A stretch of DNA of 64,000 nt from a virus (lineage: Duplodnaviria > Heunggongvirae > Uroviricota > Caudoviricetes). Shown here piece after piece: positions 46,954-56,485 of this stretch. The notes under the pieces were generated by a model. The model had not been told where the DNA came from. It was given only the letters and a program-made list of their open reading frames with translations, and ran no database searches. The DNA lies in the IMG/VR virus record IMGVR_UViG_3300027776_000001, positions 23,746 through 87,745 of that record. One strand, given 5' to 3'. Position numbers and translations under genes: made by a program. Position 1 is the first letter of the stretch. Each line of letters starts with the position of its first letter.

Positions 46954-46978
46954 AACCTCCCTTCGGGGAGGTTTTGTT
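46954..46978 (+). terminator. rho-independent terminator
   Basis: ACCTCCC-ttcg-GGGAGGT followed by TTTTGTT. Confidence 0.6.
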
Positions 46979-47177
46979 ACAGGAGAACCGAATGGAAATA
47001 GAAGAATTACGGGAATTTGGCAAGACTCTGATTGACGCAGCACAAAGGGTTCAGGATGCTGGAGGCACTGTATCCTTGTTGAAGCAGGAAGAAGTTCTTG
47101 ACTTTTTCTTATTGATGTACCAAAATAATATCCGTGTAGTGTTGGATAAACAAAATACGCATATCGTGGAGAAATAA

Positions 47178-47486
47178 ATGAGCAGTGATCTACCAATTCC
47201 TCACGGCACTAGGCAACTGAGAGACGTAATCCGAAACTCAATCTGCCTTGGTGATCGTGTTGCCACCACCCTACCATACAAGTCTAGCAGCAAGCTATTT
47301 CTAGGAACTGTAGTAAAGAAATACAAGTCATGGCTACTTGTACAGATCGACAACAGACCAGACTTCCCAGAGCCTATAAAGAGAGACCCAGATCAAGTGA
47401 TTGTTTTTGCTCGCGGAGCTGATACAAGTCCTGCTTGGCTTCAAGGCAAGAAGCCTCCACGTAGACCGTTGGTCAACAACGTTTGA
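47178..47486 (+). CDS. hypothetical protein
   Basis: 102 aa ORF. Confidence 0.35.
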   Translation: MSSDLPIPHGTRQLRDVIRNSICLGDRVATTLPYKSSSKLFLGTVVKKYKSWLLVQIDNRPDFPEPIKRDPDQVIVFARGADTSPAWLQGKKPPRRPLVNNV

Positions 47487-47535
47487 CATTTACTTGAAAT
47501 AATGGCATACTTTCCTCATCGAATATCAACTTGGG

Positions 47536-47952
47536 GTGAGTATGTCTAAAATCTTTTTGATCGCCTTCTTAGGCGTTTTGTCAGTCGTTTCGTGGGGTAC
47601 GACACATAATGTCGCCAGAGATAACCAATGCATGGCTGTAGCAATGTGGAAGGAAGCTAACACAGAGAGCCTGAGAGGGAAGCGAGCTGTCCTAGATGTG
47701 ATTGAGTACAGGATGAAAGTTCTTGACAAGACAGCATGTCAAGTGATACAACAGCCTAAGCAATTTTCCTTTTACAGGAAAGGTATGAGTTTAAAAGCCA
47801 CTGAAGCACAATTAAGAGCTATGGAGGCTGTTTACAGGAGTCCAAAAGTACTTTATGGGTACGCTTATTTTCACGCTAAGAGTGTCAAGCCAAAGTGGGC
47901 TGCTAAAATGAAGGGGAGGGTTGTAATTGGGAACCATGTATTCTATAAATAA
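47536..47952 (+). CDS. SleB-family cell wall hydrolase with N-terminal signal/anchor (candidate endolysin)
   Basis: CMAVAMWKEANTESLRGKRAVLDVIEYR...QPKQFSF matches Hydrolase_2/SleB core; hydrophobic N-terminus. Confidence 0.6.
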   Translation: MSMSKIFLIAFLGVLSVVSWGTTHNVARDNQCMAVAMWKEANTESLRGKRAVLDVIEYRMKVLDKTACQVIQQPKQFSFYRKGMSLKATEAQLRAMEAVYRSPKVLYGYAYFHAKSVKPKWAAKMKGRVVIGNHVFYK

Positions 47953-48466
47953 TTGGTGGGAATTCTTTGTTTATGATGAAACAAGTCCAAGCTGTTTGAG
48001 GCGAATTAGTGATGGCAAGCCTGCAGGATATATTTTTCTGGATAAGTGGTGGAGGGTTAGTTTTAAAGGAAAGAGTTACCTAGTTCACCGAATAATTTAC
48101 GAAATGATGACAAATACCCGTTTAGGGAATTATGTGATTGATCATAAAGACTTAGACGGGGCTAACAATGTAATAACAAATCTGCGAAAGACCACTTATA
48201 AAATCAACAACCAGAACAGACCAAAGCCTAGCAATAACACTTCAGGGTATGTCGGTGTTCGGTTACTGAAAGATAAATATTGGCAGGCACGTTGGCAAGA
48301 GAATGGTAAAGGGGTTTGCAAAAGTTTCAGTGTAGAGGAATTTGGAAACACCGCTCTGGAAATGGCTATCGAGTTTCGTAAACAAAGAATAATGGAACTA
48401 AATCTAAACGGACAAGACTACACAGAAAATCACGGTAAAGAGTACGCAAAAAGGAGAAACAAATGA
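47927..48466 (+). CDS. HNH homing endonuclease (paralog of 36860..37435)
   Basis: FVYDETSPSCLRR; VIDHKDLDGANNVITNLR HNH motif. Confidence 0.6.
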   Translation: MGTMYSINNWWEFFVYDETSPSCLRRISDGKPAGYIFLDKWWRVSFKGKSYLVHRIIYEMMTNTRLGNYVIDHKDLDGANNVITNLRKTTYKINNQNRPKPSNNTSGYVGVRLLKDKYWQARWQENGKGVCKSFSVEEFGNTALEMAIEFRKQRIMELNLNGQDYTENHGKEYAKRRNK

Positions 48467-48678
48467 ACGTTAAAGAATTGATTGAGTTGCTGCAAAAAAT
48501 GCCGCAAGATTTGCCTGTTTACGTCATGGCTGACCACGGACAACTGCCACAAGCAGCATATGCTGCTCCAGAAGTTTGTGTAGCAGAAGACTTGACCTAT
48601 TTCGTGGAAGACTATTGCACAGAGGAAAGTGGTGATGCTGAAGAATACGAATACGAAGAGAAATTTGTACTGATTTAA
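48463..48678 (+). CDS. hypothetical acidic protein
   Basis: 71 aa ORF. Confidence 0.35.
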   Translation: MNVKELIELLQKMPQDLPVYVMADHGQLPQAAYAAPEVCVAEDLTYFVEDYCTEESGDAEEYEYEEKFVLI

Positions 48679-48688
48679 AGGGAAACAA

Positions 48689-48949
48689 ATGAAAATACTG
48701 AAATTTGAGGCTGCATGGTGTCAGCCTTGCAAGCAAATGGACAAGGTGCTGGAGAATATCTTGTCCAAAAATCCGATTGCTGTTGTGCAGAAAATCGACA
48801 TTGATGTGTCGCCGGATATTGCTACGGAACACGGAATACGTGGGATTCCTACGTTGATATTTATGAATGATCGCGGTGATGAGCTTCTACGTCTTGTAGG
48901 AACCAAGACACAAGCCCAAGTTGAAGCAGCAATAAGTCAGATAGACTAA
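48689..48949 (+). CDS. thioredoxin-like protein
   Basis: 86 aa with WCQPCK active-site motif. Confidence 0.65.
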   Translation: MKILKFEAAWCQPCKQMDKVLENILSKNPIAVVQKIDIDVSPDIATEHGIRGIPTLIFMNDRGDELLRLVGTKTQAQVEAAISQID

Positions 48950-48959
48950 GGAGAATTAC

Positions 48960-49934
48960 ATGAAGATTGAAGGTAAAGGCGGTATTTCGGCGGAGATTGT
49001 GGCAGATTCTGTTTCTCCTTGGGGTAAGCGTATCACTACGTTTGTTCTGGAGTACCCACGATTCATTCATGCAGAATTCATGACACACCGGATGATTAGT
49101 AAGAACTCTGCTTCCAGTCGTGCTATTCCTGTGGCGAAGGTGATTGAGCAAGTAATGGAAAATGCTGCTATGCCGATTCATTGGGGTAAGAATCAAACAG
49201 GGATGCAGGCCAAGGAAGAGTTAGACACTTATGATAAACTCTTCGTACAAGAGGAATGGGATAGAGCAGCATCCCATGCAATTGACGTAGCTGATTATAT
49301 GAGTCGTGCTGGCGCTCATAAACAAATCGTCAACCGTATCCTTGAGCCTTTCCAATTTATGCGTGTGGTTGCTACGGCTACGGAGTGGGAAAACTTCTTC
49401 TGGCTTCGTGATCATCCAGATGCTCAGCCTGAGATTGCAGAGTTGGCACGAGTGATGCGTGAGGTTCAGGATAAGTCTATTCCAGTGAATCTGGAAACTG
49501 GCGAATGGCATTTGCCGTTTGTTTGGTGTAGCAGGGATGCCATAACAGATGAAATCGGCTATCACATTGGGGAGGTAGGCGAGGAAAGCCATAAGCAACT
49601 AACTGTAGAGGATGCCTTGAAGGTGTCGGCAAGCTGCTGTGCTCAAGTGAGTTTCCGTAAGAGTGACACAAGTCTTGAAAAAGCTCTTGCTATTTGGGAT
49701 CGTTTAGTGGATAGTGAGCCTGTGCATGCCAGTCCGTTTGAACATCAGGCGAAGGTGATGCAAAAAGAACACTGGAACACAGAAGATGAGTACGGTGTTA
49801 ACGACCACTCTCTGCCGGGTACTTGGGAAAGGGGCATCACCCACACTGATAAGGAGTGCAATCTGTGGTCTGGCAACTTCCAAGGGTGGGTTCAACATCG
49901 TCAACTGATTCCTAATCATGTAAGAAGGGGGTAA
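48960..49934 (+). CDS. thyX: flavin-dependent thymidylate synthase ThyX-like (variant THR motif, C-terminal extension)
   Basis: FMTHRMISKNSASSRA aligns to ThyX RHRxxSxxxxSxR; NFFWLRDHPDAQPEIAELA aligns to ThyX NLRADSHAQWEI; 324 aa. Confidence 0.7.
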   Translation: MKIEGKGGISAEIVADSVSPWGKRITTFVLEYPRFIHAEFMTHRMISKNSASSRAIPVAKVIEQVMENAAMPIHWGKNQTGMQAKEELDTYDKLFVQEEWDRAASHAIDVADYMSRAGAHKQIVNRILEPFQFMRVVATATEWENFFWLRDHPDAQPEIAELARVMREVQDKSIPVNLETGEWHLPFVWCSRDAITDEIGYHIGEVGEESHKQLTVEDALKVSASCCAQVSFRKSDTSLEKALAIWDRLVDSEPVHASPFEHQAKVMQKEHWNTEDEYGVNDHSLPGTWERGITHTDKECNLWSGNFQGWVQHRQLIPNHVRRG

Positions 49935-49935
49935 T

Positions 49936-50148
49936 ATGAGATTTGTTTTAACTATTCTACTTGTAGCTTTCCTCGCAGGTTGTTGGCAAGAAACTGAAGA
50001 GAAACGTTTTCCTCCAGATCGTTGGATCTGTACGAAGATCGAAACCTACGAATGGGCAAAGCGACGTGGAATAGCTGTAGATACCCATTGTGTAAGGTAT
50101 GAACGTTTAGTTGGCGATGTTGAGATTACCAGGCCAGTGAATAATTAA
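49936..50148 (+). CDS. small lipoprotein
   Basis: lipobox LVAFLAGC; 70 aa. Confidence 0.4.
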   Translation: MRFVLTILLVAFLAGCWQETEEKRFPPDRWICTKIETYEWAKRRGIAVDTHCVRYERLVGDVEITRPVNN

Positions 50149-50354
50149 AGAAAAGGAGATATCAAATGACTGAAGAAAAATTTCTCGAAATATTCAACGG
50201 AGCACCCTTGACATTTGAAGAAATAGCTCAAGAGGCATCCAATGTGACTGACAATAATGGCTTGATGTGTGCTGCAACTAGGTACATAGCAGCCATGGAA
50301 GACCTTTATTGTGAACTGAATGATATCGGCTACGAATTCGGTTAAGGAGGAAAT

Positions 50355-50555
50355 ATGGTATTGAACATTGAAGTATTGAAAGATAAGCTTCGAGCTTATT
50401 TTGAAAACAACAGTCAGACCTTGCGTGATGAGGGTGGATATTGTCCTACTTGCGCTTACAGCTACGATGTAGAAGCCTTGACAGAGGATTCGTTTGATTA
50501 TATGCTGGACGAAATTGATGCTTGGGTTAAAGAGCAATTTGAAAAGGAGCAATAA
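50355..50555 (+). CDS. hypothetical protein
   Basis: 66 aa ORF. Confidence 0.35.
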   Translation: MVLNIEVLKDKLRAYFENNSQTLRDEGGYCPTCAYSYDVEALTEDSFDYMLDEIDAWVKEQFEKEQ

Positions 50556-50956
50556 TGGCCGTACTACGCAGTAGTTTGAATGCGCTACACAACTGTCAGA
50601 ACCCAAACCAGACTTCTACCAAGAAGGTATTGTGCGTATGCTCTGCTGGCCTTCTTCGGAGTCCAACAGCAGCAAAGATATTGACAGAGAAGTTTGGTTA
50701 CAATACTCGTGCTGTTGGTGTGTACGACTATGCTCTGATCCAGATTTCTGAGGTGTTGGTGCAATGGGCTGATGAAGTCCTCTTCATGGAAGAGAATCAC
50801 TATGATTCTGTAGTATTTCGCAATTCGCAAGACTGGATAGACTCTCTCAATGCGAAGTGTCATATCCTAGGGATTCCTGATGATCACGACTGGGGAAGCC
50901 CAGAACTTGAGGCAATCATTCTGGAAAAGTATCTCCAGACTCAGAAAAAGACTTGA
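50555..50956 (+). CDS. low-molecular-weight protein tyrosine phosphatase / ArsC-like protein
   Basis: VLCVCSAGLLRSPTAAKIL fits CX5R(S) P-loop of LMW-PTP. Confidence 0.5.
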   Translation: MAVLRSSLNALHNCQNPNQTSTKKVLCVCSAGLLRSPTAAKILTEKFGYNTRAVGVYDYALIQISEVLVQWADEVLFMEENHYDSVVFRNSQDWIDSLNAKCHILGIPDDHDWGSPELEAIILEKYLQTQKKT

Positions 50957-51012
50957 CAATTAAAATAGGCCTGTGTAGACTAGCTTTCATCGTAACCAAA
51001 CGGAGAAACGCA

Positions 51013-51360
51013 ATGTTTGCATGGGCCTATTCGCTTTTCAAGACTGCTGAAGTGGTTAGTCCAGTGGAGGAAAGCAATATTGTAAGTATTTCTCTGCAAG
51101 ATGCTCAAAGGATATTGAAGCATGATACGCACTGTGCTATATTCCATGTGCGCTTCAGGACACGTACTACTGGTGAGATTCGTGAAATGCAGTGCAAGCG
51201 TCACATCACTTCTCACTTAGCTGGTGGTGTTCGTCACTACACTGATGAGGAAAAGAAGCTGGTCACGGTGTTTGATACATTTGTGCAAGATTATCGTTCG
51301 ATCCCTCTTGAAGGGATTCAACAAATAAGAATAAGCGGGAAAATATATAATGTGGTGTAA
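51013..51360 (+). CDS. hypothetical protein
   Basis: internal ATG 51013 with GGAGAAACG RBS; 115 aa. Confidence 0.35.
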   Translation: MFAWAYSLFKTAEVVSPVEESNIVSISLQDAQRILKHDTHCAIFHVRFRTRTTGEIREMQCKRHITSHLAGGVRHYTDEEKKLVTVFDTFVQDYRSIPLEGIQQIRISGKIYNVV

Positions 51361-51988
51361 AGAGGATTTTAAATTTGAGCTTGTTGATAATCTTTTAATG
51401 AAAACAGATACAGGTGATTATCTGAAAACATTTAAGGGAGATTCTGGCAGAAGAATCACTAGAGTAGGTTCATTATATTTTGCCATGATGGCCCGTTGTT
51501 TCAACAAGGAAGTTAGAGAGTTACATAAAACATATTTAGATGTTAGTTGTTCTGAAGATTTTGAGAATTTTAACACCTTTAGTGAATTTGTAATCAATGC
51601 TCCTTTCTTTAATGCAAAAAGTTATGACAAATTTTATGCTCTTGATAAAGACCTGCTAGTACCGGGTAACAGGATATACTCCAAAGACACAGTAGTATTC
51701 TTACCGGATTCTATTAATAAATTTCTAAGTGTGAATTTAAGGTCAAACAAAGGAAATTTAGTTGGAGTAACACTTAATGGAAATAAGTACGAGGCTAATT
51801 TATCTGTTAAAGGTAGATTAAAATATTTAGGCTTGTACCCGACTGAAGAAAAAGCTTTCCAAGCTTATCGGGAAAGCAAAAACGATATGGCAAGAACTAT
51901 AGCACTTTTGTCTGAAGGGGCTATTGAAGAAAGAGCAACTAAAGCTCTTAAGAACTATGATGTTAAACTTTACGTAAAGGAGATTTAA
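51350..51988 (+). CDS. AP2-domain putative homing endonuclease (paralog of 15353..15889)
   Basis: AP2-like GVTLNGNKYEANLSVKGRLKYLGLYPTEEKAFQAY; MARC motif. Confidence 0.45.
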   Translation: MWCKEDFKFELVDNLLMKTDTGDYLKTFKGDSGRRITRVGSLYFAMMARCFNKEVRELHKTYLDVSCSEDFENFNTFSEFVINAPFFNAKSYDKFYALDKDLLVPGNRIYSKDTVVFLPDSINKFLSVNLRSNKGNLVGVTLNGNKYEANLSVKGRLKYLGLYPTEEKAFQAYRESKNDMARTIALLSEGAIEERATKALKNYDVKLYVKEI

Positions 51989-52864
51989 ATGAACAAAGAT
52001 TTGATAGCTACTCGTGCTTGGATGCGTGATAATGAATCTGTTTCCGAATTTTTACTGAATAAGGCACTTCAAGTGGGTGACAAGGTTGTATTGAAAGCAG
52101 ATACAAGCTTCACTGACGAAGTGACTTACGTAGAACCAGATTTCTATGATGGTTGTGTGGCTGTTAAGTTGGTGCATGGTGGCTGGATAAGTGCTGATGA
52201 AGTTTATGTTACTGCCACTCTTCAAGCCAATGATAAGGCAGTGAGCTGGCTGAACAGTAGTATTCTTCAGTATCTTCAGCATGATAAGGACAATAAGGTT
52301 AGCTCCTCCCGTTACAAGGTTGGCGACAAGGTGAAGGTAGGTGAGAGAACTGGGGAGTTCTACATACACCCTGATTTCCTAGGTGAGGAATGTGAAGTTA
52401 TTGGCATTTATCCTTCAGATGAATTTAGGCAATGCATGAATTATGAATCGAAATGGGATCAAGATGACCCTTTCATGTACACTGTAAAAATCCTTAACAA
52501 GGATAGTGGTATAATCAATCAAAAGTGCTATGCATATTTCATGACTCCAGCAGCTACGGAAGCAACTGAGCCAGTGAAAGAGACTCCAACCAATATGTGG
52601 GAAGGTGTCGCATCTAAGATCACTGTGATGCACAAGTATGGCAAGAGCAAGACTGTTGAGACTGTTGTCAAGAAAGTTCCTGTTCTGCTTGGCAAGCAAA
52701 CGTTCTGGGTGAATGTGTACATGGACAATCAAGGGCAGCTTGTGACACCAAAGGGCCGTATGCACAAGTCTGAAGCTGAAGCCAAGAAATATGGCAAGGT
52801 GGGTGTTGACAGCAAGGGCTGGGTGTATGTACAATCTGTTCCTGTTGAAGTGAAGGGGAAATAA
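51989..52864 (+). CDS. hypothetical protein with tandem SH3/KOW-like repeats
   Basis: VGDKVVLKAD and VGDKVKVGER repeats; 291 aa. Confidence 0.3.
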   Translation: MNKDLIATRAWMRDNESVSEFLLNKALQVGDKVVLKADTSFTDEVTYVEPDFYDGCVAVKLVHGGWISADEVYVTATLQANDKAVSWLNSSILQYLQHDKDNKVSSSRYKVGDKVKVGERTGEFYIHPDFLGEECEVIGIYPSDEFRQCMNYESKWDQDDPFMYTVKILNKDSGIINQKCYAYFMTPAATEATEPVKETPTNMWEGVASKITVMHKYGKSKTVETVVKKVPVLLGKQTFWVNVYMDNQGQLVTPKGRMHKSEAEAKKYGKVGVDSKGWVYVQSVPVEVKGK

Positions 52865-52865
52865 T

Positions 52866-53417
52866 ATGGCAAGAAAAGATGAAACTGGCAACAGATATGG
52901 GAGATTAGTTGTCAAGGAGTTTTCCCATTCTGACGGTAGTTTTGTCTTTTGGAAGTGTATTTGTGACTGTGGAAATGAAAAAGTAACTCGTGGTCACACA
53001 CTCCGTATAGGTAAATGTAAATCTTGTGGAGTGTGTGATATTCAAGCTAAACCTGAGCCGGACAAACCAGAAAAACTGTGCTATAGGGGCCTGAAAGCAG
53101 GAGCTAAGTCACGTAACTTAGTCTTCGAGCTTAGTTACCAAGATTTTATTCGGTTAAGCCAGCAGAACTGCTTCTTCTGCGGGAAACCACCCTATGACAA
53201 GAGATACGGCTTCACAAAACGCAGAAAGAGTAAAGGTATTGAGCACGATGTTGTGTCAGTTTTTAATAGCATTGATCGTGTTGACTCAAGCAAAGGGTAT
53301 TTTAATGGCAATGTAGTTCCGTGCTGTATAATGTGTAACAGAATGAAGAGTGACTTTTCTCTCCAAGAATTTATGCATAAAATAGCCGAAATCTACAAAA
53401 ATTTACTAGAAAGGTGA
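52866..53417 (+). CDS. HNH endonuclease
   Basis: GRLVV..W.CICDCG...SCGVCD N-terminus and NSIDRVDSSKGYFNGNVVPCCIMCNRMKSD HNH motif. Confidence 0.55.
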   Translation: MARKDETGNRYGRLVVKEFSHSDGSFVFWKCICDCGNEKVTRGHTLRIGKCKSCGVCDIQAKPEPDKPEKLCYRGLKAGAKSRNLVFELSYQDFIRLSQQNCFFCGKPPYDKRYGFTKRRKSKGIEHDVVSVFNSIDRVDSSKGYFNGNVVPCCIMCNRMKSDFSLQEFMHKIAEIYKNLLER

Positions 53418-53421
53418 TGAA

Positions 53422-54711
53422 ATGAACCATCAAGCCATTGTAGCTGTTGTTACTGAAGTAATTGAAATTGAAAATGCAGACAAAATCCACATTGCCAAGG
53501 TTCTTGGTGAGACTTGTATTGTTTCCAAGGATGTAGGAGTAGGCCACATTGGCGTTCTGTTCCCAGAGGGTGTTCAACTCTCTGAGGAGTATTGCAAGTA
53601 CAACAACCTGTATAGAGACAAAAGCAAGAATACCAACCCTGAAAAGGCCGGCTTCTTTGAAGGCACTCGTCGTGTACGTGCTCAACCTTTTCTCAAGGTG
53701 CGCTCCACTGCATACTTTGCGAATCTGGATAGCCTTGCCTATACCAATTCCAGCGATTTTAAGCTTGGTTATAGCTTCTCTGAAATCAATGGCAAGGAAA
53801 TCTGTCGTAAGTATATCAGCAAGGCTACACAGGAGAGCTTGGCGAAAGCTAATCGTCCTAAGCAGGCGAAGATAGATTATGCTCCTGACTTCCTGAAGCA
53901 TGTTGATAGTGCTCAGTTCAAGCATGCTGCTGGTCAGATTGAGAAGGGCAGTCTACTGCATTTCCATGCTAAGGTGCATGGCACTTCTGCCCGTATGGCT
54001 CATACTAAGGTGGCTGTAGAGCTGAATGGTTTTCAGAAGCTGGTGAACAAGCTATTTGGCAAGGAAATCTTTGCTACGACCAAGTATGATTTTGTTGTGG
54101 GCACCCGTAATGTGGTTCTACACAATACTAACAAAGAAGGTTTCCATGGCTTGGAACAATTCCGTTTCGATGTAATGGAGCAGGTTAAGCCTTTCTTGGT
54201 CAAGGGTATGACTGTGTACGGTGAGATTGCAGGCTTTGCTAATAACAAGCCTATTATGCCAAGCCACTCTATCAAGGTGCTGAAGGATAAGGCTTTCATG
54301 GCTAAGTATGGTGATGAGGTGATTTACCGGTATGGCTGCGGAGATTACACCAAATACCGCTTCCACATCTACCGTATTACGTTGACGAATGGTGATGGTG
54401 TGACGATTGACTACACCCAGAAGCAGATTGATGATTTCTGTAAGAGTTGTCAGTTGCTCGCTCCGTTTGAAGTGCATCCACCAATCGTGTACGATGGTAA
54501 TGTACGTGATCTGCAAGACCTTGTAGAGAAGCTTACAGAGCGTCCTGAAGTGTTGACGGAAGACTATATTGATCCTTCCCATATTTCTGAAGGTATTATT
54601 GTTCGTGAAGATCATGGTGGATTGATTCCACGATTCTACAAGAGCAAGAGTTATGCTTTCCGAGCTATGGAAGGGATTTGTGAGGTAGAAGACCCAGAGG
54701 ATGCTGCATAA
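53422..54711 (+). CDS. ATP-dependent RNA ligase (Rnl2/Rnl5-like nucleotidyltransferase with N-terminal domain)
   Basis: motif I KVHGT (FHAKVHGTSARM), EGIIVRE (motif IV) and RFYKSKSY (motif V K-x-K). Confidence 0.6.
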   Translation: MNHQAIVAVVTEVIEIENADKIHIAKVLGETCIVSKDVGVGHIGVLFPEGVQLSEEYCKYNNLYRDKSKNTNPEKAGFFEGTRRVRAQPFLKVRSTAYFANLDSLAYTNSSDFKLGYSFSEINGKEICRKYISKATQESLAKANRPKQAKIDYAPDFLKHVDSAQFKHAAGQIEKGSLLHFHAKVHGTSARMAHTKVAVELNGFQKLVNKLFGKEIFATTKYDFVVGTRNVVLHNTNKEGFHGLEQFRFDVMEQVKPFLVKGMTVYGEIAGFANNKPIMPSHSIKVLKDKAFMAKYGDEVIYRYGCGDYTKYRFHIYRITLTNGDGVTIDYTQKQIDDFCKSCQLLAPFEVHPPIVYDGNVRDLQDLVEKLTERPEVLTEDYIDPSHISEGIIVREDHGGLIPRFYKSKSYAFRAMEGICEVEDPEDAA

Positions 54712-55052
54712 TGACAGACTATGCTGTAATCTGGCCTGAAGGACAGAAGCCATTATATCTAAGCAGAATTAAGGAGAATGACAATGGCTTCCTTACTAGC
54801 GGGTACATTATTAATGGTGCTTGGAACTACTCAGTTCGAATAGATCGTAACAGATTGGAGTGTAAGGACTGGGAAAACAAGATTATTGAGAAATTCCCTA
54901 TACCAACATGGTACGATGTAGTTAAATTCACAAGTCAGCAGATTACGCACTTAGGATTTCGCTGGGAAGATTACAACGACATTATTGAGTGGGCCAACAC
55001 TCAGCCTAAGACTCGTGTGTATCTGCAGCAGGAAGGAGAAAGTAATGAATAA
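54711..55052 (+). CDS. hypothetical protein
   Basis: 113 aa ORF. Confidence 0.35.
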   Translation: MTDYAVIWPEGQKPLYLSRIKENDNGFLTSGYIINGAWNYSVRIDRNRLECKDWENKIIEKFPIPTWYDVVKFTSQQITHLGFRWEDYNDIIEWANTQPKTRVYLQQEGESNE

Positions 55053-55311
55053 AGTAATGAATAAAGCAGAAGCAAATCAGGAAATTTCAGCTAAGCTAGC
55101 CAAAGCAAATGCACTGATAGAAGAATGCGAAGCTCTTGCAGACTTTTATGGTCTTAGATTTATGCTCCCATGGGGCGGAGAAGGTACACCGATGAGTGGC
55201 TTTGGCGGCAACTATGTCTCTAAGTCGCTTGCTTTGGAACGAGCTGAGAAGTGGCCTGTATCTTACAGTAAGCATGAGTACGGCTGGATGTCTAGTTCGG
55301 GAAGCTGTTGA
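55045..55311 (+). CDS. small protein family Y (ALADFYG core; C-terminal WMSSSGSC)
   Basis: ATG 55045 with AAGGAGAA RBS; 88 aa. Confidence 0.4.
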   Translation: MNKVMNKAEANQEISAKLAKANALIEECEALADFYGLRFMLPWGGEGTPMSGFGGNYVSKSLALERAEKWPVSYSKHEYGWMSSSGSC

Positions 55312-55366
55312 CACACCCTGATCATCCTGTTAATATGGCTTCATCGTAACGAACAGGAGGCACCTC

Positions 55367-55621
55367 ATGGCTTGTAACATGCAAGGCAAACACTATAGCT
55401 TGTACTCTATCCCTGATGACTATATGCTGGAATGGGGATATGGCTCTGCCGAAGGTGCTTTCGAGACTCGTTCTGGCTATGCCAACAGTCATCAGATTGT
55501 GGTAGTGGCTTGGAAGGGGAAGAAGTATCTGGGTCAGGTGGATCGTTGGGGAAAGATAACCAATAATCCGAAGGTCTGGAAGAGTAAGATTGTGAACAGC
55601 GCACGGAAGGTAGGACATTAA
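55367..55621 (+). CDS. hypothetical protein
   Basis: 84 aa ORF. Confidence 0.35.
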   Translation: MACNMQGKHYSLYSIPDDYMLEWGYGSAEGAFETRSGYANSHQIVVVAWKGKKYLGQVDRWGKITNNPKVWKSKIVNSARKVGH

Positions 55622-56109
55622 TGATAAAATTTCTGAAAGGCTTATTCAAAACTGTAACTGAGCCAGCCCCAGTCAGCTATCATTGCCAGTGTTGGTTGGA
55701 TTGGATGGCACAGGATGATGTGTCCTTTTGTAAAGTATCCTCTGACTTTTTTGATAGACAAAGATTGCTAACAAGATTAACTCCTAAACAGAAAGAAAAG
55801 TATCTCAAGGAGGAACTATTTGTTGACAAACGTCAGGATGGACTTTTATGCGCAATAAAAGTTTGTGAATTATTCATCTATAAGTATGGCAGACGAGGCT
55901 TATCATTATGGGATCAGGAAGCATATGTGAAGAAATGGCTAAGTAACACAACTATTCTTCTTCCTGTGGATTTCCTTGAAATGTTCGAGCCTCACGAACG
56001 ATATATCTTAGAGAAAGAGGCTACAAATAAGTACAGAGCAGAATTCATGGCAGCACGCCAAATAGGTAAGGAAATGAATGGCAAGAAGTACGGACAACTT
56101 TTATCTTAA
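55621..56109 (+). CDS. hypothetical protein
   Basis: 162 aa ORF. Confidence 0.35.
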   Translation: MIKFLKGLFKTVTEPAPVSYHCQCWLDWMAQDDVSFCKVSSDFFDRQRLLTRLTPKQKEKYLKEELFVDKRQDGLLCAIKVCELFIYKYGRRGLSLWDQEAYVKKWLSNTTILLPVDFLEMFEPHERYILEKEATNKYRAEFMAARQIGKEMNGKKYGQLLS

Positions 56110-56245
56110 CACAAAGGAGAAACAAATGAACAACACTGAACAACAAACTACCCTCGATCTGGCCTTGGTACAAGTTCCTAAGAAGACTGAGGCTGTGCCT
56201 CCGTTCAGCGCCAATCCTCCAGTGAAGCCTCAAGAGGCCTAAATA

Positions 56246-56485
56246 ATGGCAGAGGACTTGCAAACACTGGAGAAAACCTACAAGAAGGCTAAACGAGCAT
56301 TGGACAATGCTTCTAATAAGTATAGCAAAGCTTTGTCAGACCTACAATCTGCTTGTCCTCATACAAAGGTTGCTTGGAGTGAATGGAAGCGTAGTAATAG
56401 TGAATGGGACTACTACGCACATTACTCGCGTAATGGATATTGTGAACTTTGTAGAAAGTGGTTCACAGAGAGTAAGGAGAGATAA
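56246..56485 (+). CDS. hypothetical zinc-ribbon protein
   Basis: 79 aa; CPH...C..C pairs. Confidence 0.35.
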   Translation: MAEDLQTLEKTYKKAKRALDNASNKYSKALSDLQSACPHTKVAWSEWKRSNSEWDYYAHYSRNGYCELCRKWFTESKER

